The notes beneath the pieces were generated by a model. The model had not been told where the DNA came from and made no database searches. It saw nothing but the letters and a program-made list of their open reading frames with translations. A DNA stretch of 64,000 bases, taken from Octopus vulgaris. Its lineage: Eukaryota. Position numbers and translations under genes: made by a program. This document shows positions 52,226 to 64,000 of the stretch, in pieces (the first letter of the stretch is position 1; each line of letters opens with the position of its first letter). The stretch spans positions 28,334,001-28,398,000 of the forward strand of contig OX597832.1 in assembly GCA_951406725.2 (NCBI GenBank), given 5' to 3'.

Positions 52226-53322
52226 ATTGTCTACCCCTTGCTAGTTTGCAATAATCAGATTCTCTATCTAGGATAGATTAATTTAGTGAAATTAAACCTT
52301 AATCTCATAAAATTATCACCTCTTTTTCTCTGAAAGTTGTTAAATTTTGTTTATTTTCCTAAATGGAGGAGAAATTTCAATTCATCATCATCGTTTAACG
52401 TCTGTTTTCCATGCTAGCATGGGTTGGACGGTTTGACCGGGGATCTGGGAAGCCAGAAGGCTGCACCAGGCTCCAGTCTGATCTGGCAGTGTTTCTACAG
52501 CTGGATGCCCTTTCTAATGCCAACCACTCCATGAGTGTAGTGGGTGCTTTTTACGTGCCACCTGCACAGGTGCCAGTTGAGGCTGGCAACGGCCACGACC
52601 AATTCATTGATAAATTTTTGTATGTCATTCAATCATCGTCATCATCATCCCAAATTCTTGACATTGATCAACTTCAGTTATTTCCCTTAGCATGTTATTT
52701 TCTTTTAAGAGGGTTACACGATCTCTTGAATTGACCCCAGTATGTAACCGGTACTCACATTATTGATCATGGAGTGATGGAGCCATAAACAAGCCTTGTC
52801 ATTCTGCAACGCAGGTATCTCACCACTATAAACTAGAAGCAGTGTTATCCCTAGTTTCAAATCAGACATTAATAATAAATACGGCTGGAAAACTGGTTTT
52901 TAGAAATAAAACCTATGACATGCAACCTCCACATTTTCCTATTTCTGTGTAAACGAATCACTGGACGTGGAGCTTAAATATTGCCAGAGCTTGCAAAACA
53001 GGCTGCGGCTGCTTTCTAAATACCACACCTGCATTTTTTCTACACATAAAAGAAGACTTTATACAGCTTAATAGTAGAACACACTGGAATTGCTAGGCCA
53101 ATATGCTTCAGTGAGCATCTAATTCTAGGTATTTTTAAAAGCTAGCCAAACACGAAGATATGTCAACCAGTTTTAAGTAGGTTATTTTTGGTTTTTTTTA
53201 AACCAACTTTACCTGTTTTCTTGTTGTTTTTAATGGAAGATACACTTTTGTAAAAATACATCTGGATTCTGAGTTTGTTTTTGCACGTATATCGTATATC
53301 GTAGATGTAGATATTTCTTGCT

Positions 53323-53732
53323 GGATCTTTTCTGTTTGAACGGCAATTTTTAACATAATTTCTAGGTAACTAAAAGATTCTAAACTTCGTATACTGGTAG
53401 AATGTGTTTATAAAACATCTTTTTCTCTTGGCTTTATTGAGAAAATTCTATAGTTTGTAAGATATTTGTTGTTTTTTTTTCTTCAATTTCTGCAATTTCA
53501 ACCAATCACTGACGTCCATTGAGGTAGACAACATTCTGTGCCGTATGAATATGTCCCTTGTTTAAGAAACAGATTGGGTTTATTTACATTTGTGAAGAAA
53601 AAAGATACCCTTCCCTCCACCCCTAACCCTAACCCTAAAATAGATTGAAATGTTGATACTAGGGTCATAATTATGGGTGACAATTTCATATGACACCGCT
53701 AGAAAAAACTACCGTTCAAACCAAAAAGATCC
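53323..53732. mobile_element. MITE with GG-terminal TIRs and 8-bp TSD (Merlin- or hAT-like)
   Basis: TIRs GGATCTTTTCTGTTTGAACGGCAATTTTT / AAAAACTACCGTTCAAACCAAAAAGATCC; TTCTTGCT duplicated at 53315-53322 and 53733-53740. Confidence 0.85.
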
Positions 53733-54679
53733 TTCTTGCTAACCATTTCCTTAGAATAAATAAACAGACATAATAGAACATGAACCGAGTTGAGGAATGC
53801 CAGCTTCTTTGATGGACAGTGCTTGGATTAATTCCTAACTACTCAGCTGTCATCAAAAGGAGGGCAGTGTCTATTCTTCTGAAACAGGGAGAGTAGGCAT
53901 CAAAACATGTCATTTTTTTTAAGGACCACTTTATGATACAAAATTTGAATTCTTTGTTTTCAGATGCATTCCAAAACTTAATTTCTTTAACTACCAAACA
54001 TCTTTCAAGAATAGAACTCACTACATTTGATAAAAAGTAGAATTGTCGCGTCTGAAAGACAAAAATCCATTCCATCAGCATCCTCTAAATTTTCCAAAAA
54101 TTTCAATCATCTGAACTTACTGGAGTTATTTCTTCCTTATTTTTCTTTTCTTGAGATTTTAAACACCCCTAGAGAAAGTTTTTGTTTCCTAATTGCATAG
54201 ATAATCACAGCTCATTGTTAGTTTTTCAACTCCTATTACATACGCAAGATCCTACCACATGTTGACTTAGTATGGTGAATTCTCTCTTTAGGAAGAAATA
54301 CTTCCATGTAAGACGAAGAAAATGTTGACAAAGCATTCATTGTTTTTCTTTCATTTACATTCTGTCTTTTCATTGGCCAAAATTACATTCCAAATACAGA
54401 ATTATATTTATTAAACTAACTTTATTGAAATGTTTACTTCTGATTAATCATAACAACATGGAAGATGAAGAAAGTGTTGACAGACTGTTTGTTGTTTTAA
54501 CTTCTTGCATTTATATTCTGTCTATTCATTGGCCAAGCTACATTCCAAATGCTAAATATAAATGGATTCTGTTTATCAAACAATCTTCACTGGAATATTT
54601 ACTTATAATTATAAATTGCGACAAACTTATTAAAGATTTACTGTAAACTAGCCAGGAGTGTCTGCTGTGGTCATACTGA

Positions 54680-55016
54680 GACCCCCTTTGGTCACGACAC
54701 AGACCATGGGATTGCACCTAGAAAGTTTTCTTCTGAGGCAGAAGTCCAGGCAAGGTTGTTTATGGAAGACCAGTAGTCCCCCATGCATACCGGCCTCCCT
54801 TCTCCATGCCACCAGTGTTATCCAAGGGAAAGGCAAAGGCCGATACAGCTTGGCACCTGTGATGTCATAACTCGTATCTAAGGCTGAGTAGAACTGGAGC
54901 AACGTGAAATAAAGTGTCTTGCTCAAGAACACAATATGCAGCCCGGTCCGGGATTTGAGCTCACAACCTCACAATCGTAAGCTCGACGCTCTAACCATTG
55001 AGCCATGCGCCTTCAC
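54680..55016 (-). mobile_element. SINE family C
   Basis: Reverse-complement match to 43919-44255. Confidence 0.85.
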
Positions 55017-56548
55017 TGTGGTCATACTAAATAAGGAAATAAGAAGGGAAAATGGAAAAATGTTCCTTAAACTTTTTAAATGGTCGTTGCTGAATAAAGT
55101 TGTTGCTTAACTCCAGACTGACCTGGGGCTAAACAACAACAACAACAACAACAGCAACAACATCATGATGGAACTATTGAAGTAATGAGGTGTTTGAACT
55201 GTTATTGATATTGTTATCAATCAACTTGAAAAGGTAGTTTTCCACCAGGGTGTGGCCAGTGTTATTGATAGCCTGACAATTGAGCAGTCAGTGGACTAAA
55301 ATCGTGACAAGGTTTTTCTCTCTCAGTTAATGTAAGTTCACATCAATTACAGCCAGGGCCAGATTATGACCAACAAATACCCTAATCATAGCCTGACAAG
55401 GTAACACTTTTCACCATTCTATTATCTAAGTGACAAAACAATAAGACGTAAGTGTTGAGTGTAAAATAATTAGATTAAACAGTCAGTTTTCTTTTAGGCC
55501 CACCCCAGGTCAGACATCACAACATGATTAAATATAATATTACGTAAAATTATATTACATATAACACAATAATATACATATAATATGATATTACATATAA
55601 CATTTATATTCTTTTCAAGTCTAGGCACAAGGCCCGAAATTTTGGGGGAGAGGGCCAGTCGGTTAGATTGACCCTAGTATGCAACTGGTACTTAATTTAT
55701 CAACCTCGAAAGGTTGAAAAGCAAAGTCGACCTCGGCAGAATTTGAACACAGAATGTAAAGACAGATGAAATACCGCTAAGCATTTTGCCCGGTGTGCTA
55801 ACGTTTCTGCCAGCTTGCCACTTCACTCTTTTACTTGGCACTTAAAAGCACCCACTACACTCTTGGAGTGGATGGCGTTAGGCAGGGCATCCAGCTGTAG
55901 AAACTCTGCCAGATCAAAATTGGAGCCTGGTGCAGCCATCTGGTTCGCCAGCCCTCAGTCAAATCGTCCAACCCATGCTAGCATGGAAAGCGGACGTTAA
56001 ACAATGATGATGATGATGACTGCGATGAAATTCTATAGAAAAATAGAATAAAGAAAAATACGATGTGGAATTCCCATCGGTTCTACTAGTTATAATTAAC
56101 TATTTTCTTTTTTTCCCAACATAGTCTTTGGCTAGTTTTTCCACATTCAAATTTGTCTTTATTCTTATATACACAGTTCATGATGAATCAGAACGGTTCA
56201 AGACTTCAATATTTTCTTTTGGTAAGCATGGCAGACACTCGAGAAACACTCAATGGAATTCAGTCACTTAATTGTATTCATAGTCAGGTAAAAAATAATT
56301 ACATAACTACAGCAATCTGGTAATCTATACCTGACTTGAACTGGTACACATGGATTAAGATATTAGGTTTATAATTCTTCTGCTAATCCTGCATTCCTTG
56401 ATTTATGTTTGGAATTTTTATGTCACTTCATTGCAAGTACAATAATACAAGCAATATATATATTGATAATAAAAAAACATTATAGAGACAACTTTTGGTA
56501 ATCATGTTGTTTATAAGAGTTGTTTGGCAGTTGAGAAAAATGACAAAT

Positions 56549-56937
56549 ACTCTTTACTCTTTTAATTGTTCCAGTCATTTGACTGTGGCCATGCTGGCGC
56601 ACCGCCTTTAGTCGAGCAAATCGACCCCAGGACTTATTCTTTGTAAGCCTAGTACTTATTCCATCGGTCTCTTTTGCCGAACCGCTAAGTGATGGGGACG
56701 TAAACACACCAGCATCGGTTGTCAAACGATGCAGGGAGGACAAACACAGACACACAAACATATATACAAATATACTATGGGCTTCTTTCAGTTTCTGTCT
56801 ACCAAATCCACTCACAATGCTTTGGTCGGCCCAAGGCTATAATAGAAGACACTTGCCCAAGGTGCCACACAGTGGAACTGAACCCGGAACCATGTGATTG
56901 GTAAGCAAGTTACTTGCCACACAGCCACTCCTGCATC
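56549..56937 (-). mobile_element. SINE family B
   Basis: Reverse-complement match to 10941-11340. Confidence 0.85.
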
Positions 56938-57615
56938 TACAATCAATCTGTACCAAGTCATTAGTGTAATAGTGTCACTCTTATTGACATCAGCTAATTG
57001 TTGTGTCCAGTATTTGACGGTGCACCAATGTGTCCTTGACACACATTCTTCATGACATTAATGTGATACTATTTGACAGTCACCCTTGAATCTCTGAGGT
57101 AAAGTCCATCTAAGCATATGTAAGAGAGCCTCTATGTAGCAGCTCAATTTACTAGAAATAACACTCGAATCTGTTTAAAATCAGATCTATCTTAAAAAAA
57201 CAGGCTACATCGGATAATGTAATGTTGGATATACAAAATAGATGAGATGGTCATAGATGGAACAGCTATAATCTTTGGTCTGCTCTGTTAAGACCTACGG
57301 TTACTACACCATTACAATATCTACTACAATCCCACTTCTATTAAGCCAGAAGTGCATTTAGGTAAAATATGCTAATGTAAGCAGTAGGAGCACTGAAAAC
57401 TAACCAGTGTTTTGTTATACAATGCTGCTTACATTGGATACATGTGAGTTTGAACTCATGACCTAGGAGTAGGTAGTCGAGTGATATTATCTCCTCAACA
57501 AGTCCAACCCTACAGCAACCCAAGAATGGATATCTATCGGTAAATCTACTCTCGTTAATGAAAATAACGAGGTTATATTGAAGACATTAAATATCGTTTC
57601 TGGGAAGGTTGTATA

Positions 57616-57676
57616 GTCATGTGATTAAAGACATCATGTGACTAGAGATGTCATGTGACTAGAGGTGCCATGTGAC
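57616..57676. promoter_or_regulatory. Four M-box/E-box motifs (CATGTGA) at 17-bp spacing
   Basis: gtcatgtgat, atcatgtgac, gtcatgtgac and gccatgtgac start at 57616, 57633, 57650 and 57667. Confidence 0.35.
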
Positions 57677-58212
57677 TGTGAGGAAAGGCGAGGGGGAAGA
57701 AAGAAAAACATGGAGCTGATTTGTGTTTTGATAAAGGAGAAATTACCGTTATAGGCTATTTACAGTCTCTAATTTATGTAATTAAAAATTAATTAAGAGT
57801 TTTAATTAATGAAAGTAACAATTAACATATTTTGCAAGTTGTAGTTATTTAGCCCCGAGTCACTTGTGACAGAGCAGATTTATGAGAACAAATGTTTCAT
57901 TAGTGGCCATCCCTCCTAAATATAGAGTATTTAAGACTGCAGTTTGCAATGTGCCTTTTCCTCTTCTTTTAAATGGTTGGTGTGATATGGAGGAGATTTA
58001 GCTGCAGTTTCTAGCAGGTGGAGTGACTTCAAAGAGATTTTAGTGTTAGTTTGATGGGGTTTTTTTTTATGTTAATGGCATCATTTGGCAGAATCAAGGA
58101 AATAGTTGACAAAATGACTGGTAGTATTTAGATCCAACCCTTTTAGTACAGAGTTCAAATTCCACTTGGGCACAACATGTATTTTATGTAAGAAGGCAGC
58201 GAGCTGGCAGAA

Positions 58213-58263
<51 letters not shown>

Positions 58264-59075
58264 GGCAGCGAGCTGGCAGAATTGTTAGCATGCCAGGTGA
58301 AATGCTTAGCGGTATTTCATCTGCCGCTACGTTCTGGGTTCAAATTCCACTGAGGTCAATTTTGCCTTTGCCTTTCATCCTTTCGGGATCAATTAAGTAA
58401 GTACCAGTTATGCACTAGGGTTGATGTAATAAAAGTCACACTTCCCTCAGGTCGCATCCAACTATCTTAAACCTTAGAGTACACATAAGATAATATAGTC
58501 TTAGATATATTATTATGTCTGACTAAAGATGGAATGGTCACATTCGGAGTGTCTTTGATCATGTCTGCTGGCTCAGGGACTGATGACCAGTGGACAAACA
58601 ACAACAGGGATAACTTCACATGCAAACAGATGTTGACCTCTGGTTTCAGTAATATTATAGAGAAGAAACATTACGCTCCTGGATAAGATAACAATCCACC
58701 ATATTGGAACTCTCTCAGTCATTTTGTTTCAGCAGAAAAAACTTGTAAAAATTTTAATGTCAAGCTGAGGGCCATAACCTAAAATCTAACCTGGAATTGA
58801 ACTCACAACCTTCCAGATGGTAGACATATCTTGAAAACACGACCATATTTTTAGTACAGCGTGTGTGTGTGTGTGTGTGTGTGTGCGTGTGTGTGTGTGT
58901 GTGTGTGAGTGTGTGTATATATGTATGCATGTGTATGTGTGCATGTGTGTACATGAGGGTGTGCATGTGAATGTGTGTGTGTATGTGTATGTATGTGTAC
59001 GTGTGTGTATATATGTATGTGTACATGTGTGTACATGTGGGTGTACATGTGTGTACATGTGGGTGTGCATGTGAA

Positions 59076-59106
<31 letters not shown>

Positions 59107-60342
59107 GTATGCATGTGTATGTGTACATGTGTGTGTGTGTGTGTGTGTGTATAGGTGCATGTATGTGTGAATTTGTGGGTGAATGTGTGCCCTGAGCTGG
59201 TGAATATGGAGAAGGAAGTTTATCAGTGAATGGCATGTTAGGAGCTGGGAACCATGGTGCGGTGCGGTGCAGTGCAGTGTGCTACTTGTGGCTTGGAGAG
59301 AGATACCAGACAGTAGTTTTGTAGGGTGATGGTGGTGGTGGCCTGTTGTGGTGGTGGGGGGGCCCGGGGGGGGGGCGAGTCAAGTGGTGTAATATGAAGA
59401 TAAAAACAATAATACATTTGACATTTGCCTGTGATAAGTTTGTGAAGAAACAGAAGGTGACTTGTTAAGTAGGGTTTAACCGATATGGGTGATGGCCACT
59501 GTTTTGCTGACATTTTAAGTGTCAATGATGTTGTCGTTGTTGCTGTCACTGTTGTTGTTGTTGTTAGTGGTAGTCCTCTAGTTTAGGCACAGATCAACCT
59601 TGATGTTTATAAAAGTTTGTATCATTTTTTTCTTTTTTGTTTTTAAAAGAGATTAGGCTGCTATTTCTAGCATGGTGAGTGGCCACATAGAAGCCCCTTT
59701 TTGGACGAAGGAAATTTTAGGGAAAAAATTAATTTTCTTAAGATCATCATTTTTTTTGTATGAAATAAGGGAAAATATGAAAAATGAGAAAAAAAGCCCA
59801 AAACAAAACAAAAAGGACTACCCTGTTCCTTTCTCATGAAGAATGGGACTTCAAAGGAAAATTATTCCAAATCTCCATCAAAAATAGGGGTCGGAATTTG
59901 TGGATGGAGACTGGCTGAATGGTTGAGGAGTTCACTTGGCGATCACTGGATTGCAGGGGTTCAATACCACAGAATGGCTCACGGGACCAGGTATCTTTAC
60001 CTGAGCCTTCAGGTGAATCAAGTCTTTGGAATGAAACTGGGGAAACAGAAACTGTGTGGAAGCCTAATGAAGCCTGCAGGCTGTAAAACTTAAATACACA
60101 TACACATCCATATACAGACTCACACACTCACACACATTTATACACACACACACACACACACCTACACAAAAATCTAGCCTCATTGTACAGTCACACAAAG
60201 TCTACCTGAAAATTTTTTGTCACAGGTACAAGTGTTGGTGGTGTACTCAGCCACTTATATGCTAATTCAATGAGGAGGCAGGTCTTATGATCAAACAAGT
60301 GCATGCTCATCGTTGAAACCGATGGAGATTCATATTTCCTTT

Positions 60343-60682
60343 TTAACCTCCACCTTAGCGAAGGTGGAGGTATTGTTTTTAGTTGTGTTTGTTTGTTTGT
60401 CTGTGGACAAGATATCTCAAGAACCACTGGATGGATTCGGATGAAACTTTCAGGGATGTTTGGCCTAGAGACTAGCATGGTCCTGGACAAGGATTCTGGA
60501 TTATTTTCCCGTTTTTTTACTTAATTTTTGAGAGCAGTCAGATTCATTTTTACTATTCTCGTTTGTGAGAGCCATTGAGTTTATTTCAGATATTCTCATT
60601 TAAAAAATTATCTCTGACTAATCACTGAGAGGACGTTGATGTTGCCTTGGCTGAGGTTTGCGCTCTCTGAGCGCTCTTGTTT
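60343..60682 (+). mobile_element. Helentron-associated non-autonomous element (HINE/DINE-1-like)
   Basis: 5' palindrome acctccacct-tagcg-aaggtggaggt, (GTTT)n tract, 'ggatggattcggatgaaacttt' core, 3' subterminal ccttggctgaggt followed by the hairpin gcgctc-tct-gagcgc, T-rich flanks. Confidence 0.7.
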
Positions 60683-61401
60683 TATTTTTATCAGAATATT
60701 AAACACTTATCTACCTTTCAAACACACACACACAGGTAATACATACACACATATGTACATACACAATCAGCAAGACACATACACACATATACAGGTAACC
60801 ACCACACACACACGGCCAGATATGCTGCATTCTTTAGACTTAAGGAGACTGTAGATGATATACTTCTGATCACAGGTGCATCAGATTAGGACTAAGTTTG
60901 GACTAAACAACCACAAGGAAGGTCACCTCGAAATATAAGAAGGGATGATCATAACTTGATCATAGTACTGACCTGGGGTTAAACAACAACAGGTGTAAAT
61001 CCCCACCCCCTCGTTCACAGCTTGTGTGTTTATGTGTACAGAGTGGTCAGTGTGTATGTGTTATTCTGGACCACGTGCCTTACTGACCATAGCCCAGCTG
61101 GAGCAAAGCTAACAATGATGGTATCCACACAAACCATGAATAGTGACTTTTAAATAGTTGTTTGGCCAGCAAGAAATAACAGCTAAATCTTCCTCAAAAT
61201 CAACCCAAACTTCATAGAAAGAAAAAGAGATTTCAGGAACAGAATTAATTCTGAGCATTACAAACCCTTACTGTGGATTAAATAAAAATGTAACCTTATT
61301 CTTTCTATGCTGTTGATGGAGCAAAGAAAGAGGGAGGGAATTTCCTAAAGACCATCTCACAGTTTGTTGACTGCCATTTCTAGAGGGTGCATTCAGCTTA
61401 C

Positions 61402-61435
61402 TTCTCTTGTCATTGGAGAAGGAAACCGGGTCCAT
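61402..61435 (-). CDS. Candidate first coding exon of the anoctamin gene
   Basis: ATG at 61435 reads MDPVSFSNDKR followed by a phase-1 donor A|GTAAGC, compatible with the 45076 exon. Based on splice signal and phase only. Confidence 0.45.
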
Positions 61436-61554
61436 CAAAAACTTTTTAAAAAGTGGGAAATTTTATGATTTATGGGGTTATAGAAAATAAAAAAATCTGG
61501 GTGTTTTTTTTTCTTTTGCATAATCCTATGAATTCCTGAGCATGGAACACAAAT

Positions 61555-61907
61555 TTACTCTTTACTTGTTTCAGTCATTTGACTGGCCATGCTGGAGCAC
61601 CACCTTTAGTCGAGCAAATCGACCCCAGGACTTATTCTACCGGTCTCTTTTGCCGAACTGCTAAATTACGGGGATGTAAACACACCAGCATTGGTTGTCA
61701 AGCGATGTTGGGGTAACAAACACAGACACACACATACATATATACGACGGGCTTCTTTCAGTTTCTGTCTACCAAATCCACTCACAAAGCTTTGGTCAGC
61801 CCGAGGCTATAGTAGAAGACACTTGCCCAAGGTGCCATGCAGTGGACTGAACCCGGAACCATGTGGTTGGTAAGCAAGCTACTTACCACACAGCCACTCC
61901 TATGCCT
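61555..61907 (-). mobile_element. SINE family B
   Basis: Reverse-complement match with a small internal deletion. Confidence 0.85.
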
Positions 61908-62469
61908 ATGCTAAAATTTTCTGAAAATTCCCCAAAATAAAAACCATGACCACCTTCTACCTTCATTTGCCCCCTTTTTTTGTGTTTATTCTTTTTTAAA
62001 TCAGGGTTTAAAGTACAGACAGTTACAATTTTTGGCCTCAATGCCACCCTTGGGTGCATCATTATTCCATTAAATGTATTTATGAGGAGGAAAATATTCT
62101 TTTCTGTTCTAGGCACAAGGCTCGAAATTTTGGGAGAGGGAGCCAGTCGATTAGATCGACCCCAGTATGCAACTGGTACTTAATTTATTGACCCCGAAAG
62201 AATGAAAGGCAAAGTTGACCTTGGCAGAATTTGAACTCAGTGGAGAGAAAAATATTGAAAAACATTCAATACATGTCAGTGAGAAAGAAATGAAGAAGGT
62301 ATCAGGTGCTTCTGAGATGTGCTAAAAATAACAGCTAAATCACCCTTAAATCACACAATTCTTTTTTGTCATTTGTTTTTCATAATTATATGAATTCCCA
62401 TGAGTTGAAGACAAATCCATAAAAGTTTTCTGAAAATTCCAAAATATAAAAACAATTTATATGGAGTTA

Positions 62470-62845
62470 TATGGGCTGTGTGGTAAGAAGCTTGCTTCCC
62501 AACCACATGGTTCCGGGTTCAGTCCCACTGCATGGCACACAGGGCGAGTGTTTTCTACCATAGCCTTGGGCTGACCAAAGCCTTGTAAGTGTATTTGGTA
62601 GACAGAAACTGAATGAAGCCTGTCATATATATATATATATGTATGTATTTGTGTCTGTCCCCGCCAACGATTGCTTGACAACCAATTTTGGTGTATATAC
62701 GTTCTCATAACTTAACAGTCCAGCAAAAGAGACCAATAGAATATGTTCTAGGCTTCCAAAGAATAAGTCCTAGGGTAAATTTGTTTGACTAAAGGCAGTG
62801 CTCCAGCATGGCCACAGTCAAATGACAGAAACAAGTAAAAGACTA
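62470..62845 (+). mobile_element. SINE family B (more diverged)
   Basis: Colinear match to 10941-11340. Confidence 0.8.
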
Positions 62846-63488
62846 AAAAAATAAAAAGAAAAAGGAAAGAAAAAGAATGAAGCTATTTGGGGGTGCTTTA
62901 AACCAGAATTCCATAAACATGATTCAAGAGAGAATAAATAACATAAATGTGAAATTTATAAGTAATAGATTAAAATAATTGTAAATTTCTTTTCTTTGTA
63001 CATGTGTTAAAATAGCAGTTACAAAAGATATGAAAACTTGCTTTTCTTTACCTTAAAAAAAAGCTGACAAACCCAGAGATCAATGTTAAGTCACTTCAAT
63101 GTTAAGTCAGCTTGTTGCTAAGAACTAAATGATTTCTTATGTCAAATCTCCTTCTACCCAACCCTCTCTCTCTATATATATATATATATCATCATCGTCG
63201 TCGTCGTTTAACGTCCGCTTTCCATGCTAGCATGGGTTCGACGGTTTTGACTGAGGACTGTTGAACCAGATGGCTGCACCAGGCTCCAGTCTTGATCTGG
63301 CAGAGTTTCTACAGCTGGATGCCCTTCCTAACGCCAACCACTCCGAGAGTGTAGTGGGTGCTTTTTACGTGCCACTGGCATGGGGGCCAGTCTCACGGTA
63401 CTGGCAACGACCTCGCTCAAATCCTTTTACACATGCCACCAGCACAGGTGCTAGTAAGGCAACTATATATATATATATATTATATATA

Positions 63489-64000
63489 CAGGGTGCGATG
63501 GGTAAATCGTTGACATTTTATATTTCTTTTTTTGTGCATGCACATTGTTTGTTTTTGATTTTGTTGACTACACAGTATAGTAGGGTCAGTTGGGCACCGT
63601 CTGTGAGAAAAACAGCACCATGATGCAATTCACTCTGCCAGAAATTTGGGAATGACATGCTGTACTCCTTGACATTCGTGCCGAAAGCTCCAAACGAAGA
63701 TTTCAGGGTGTTTGGGTGTTGATCTGAGGAGAGTGCAGAGGATTTGGAAAGAGTTGGATTAGTTCTTATGGTGATTATGAAGGTACGGCAGTTTGGAAAA
63801 CTCACTCTGATTGTTCTGATAATAAAAGAACTCCTGAATTTGTTGGTATGATCCAGGGCATGACTAACAACGACCCCTCCAAGTCAATCAGGTCTATTGC
63901 CAGGGACATGGGAGTGCCTGAGTTCCTTATCAGGCAGCTGTGCATGAAGACATTCAGTATTCCTCATACAAGATGAGGAAGGGCCAATCTTTATCCCAAT
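63489..64000 (+). mobile_element. Tc1/mariner-superfamily transposon relic, 5' end, truncated by the window
   Basis: TA|CAGGGTG terminus. Degenerate HTH reading KRTPEFVGMIQGMTNNDPSKSIRSIARDMGVPEFLIRQ, then frameshifted VHEDIQYSSYKMRKGQSLSQ. Confidence 0.8.

Noticed and set aside
53621-53638. Telomere or chromosome-fusion relic
   Set aside because: Only three units, located inside a TSD-flanked MITE.
57432-57508. Possible minus-strand exon (VGLVEEIISLDYLLLGHEFKLTCIQ)
   Set aside because: Weak acceptor, needs a phase-2 upstream partner I could not find, and contains a SINE B-box-like segment.

Overview
AT-rich, microsatellite-laden eukaryotic DNA whose SINE families point to an octopus genome (inference from repeat content; species not determinable). 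The only host gene I can support is the 5' part of a minus-strand anoctamin (TMEM16) gene. Three clear exons (8411-8253, 6830-6732, 5106-4979) encode the N-terminal cytoplasmic Anoct_dimer region. Several phase-compatible candidate upstream exons (61435-61402, 45076-44981, 26584-26514, 23204-23154, 19445-19329) stretch the model across almost the whole window, and the transmembrane exons would lie beyond the left edge. Nearly all ORFs in the supplied track are micro- or minisatellite artefacts. The introns carry four tRNA-headed SINE families, an RTE-tailed family, CR1 and R4/Dong LINE fragments, a Helitron, a Helentron-like element, MITEs (one with an 8-bp TSD) and a Tc1/mariner relic. The most notable hidden signal is about a dozen minimal type I hammerhead-ribozyme motifs with palindromic stem III. 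They fall into several sequence families and often sit in long tail-to-tail inverted repeats typical of Penelope-like elements; three copies carry a non-canonical CCGAUGA core. Other leads are a recursive-splice/poison-exon-like site, a composite internal/terminal exon, RFX X-boxes and an M-box (MITF/TFE-type) array. All calls come from manual reading; nothing was run or searched.
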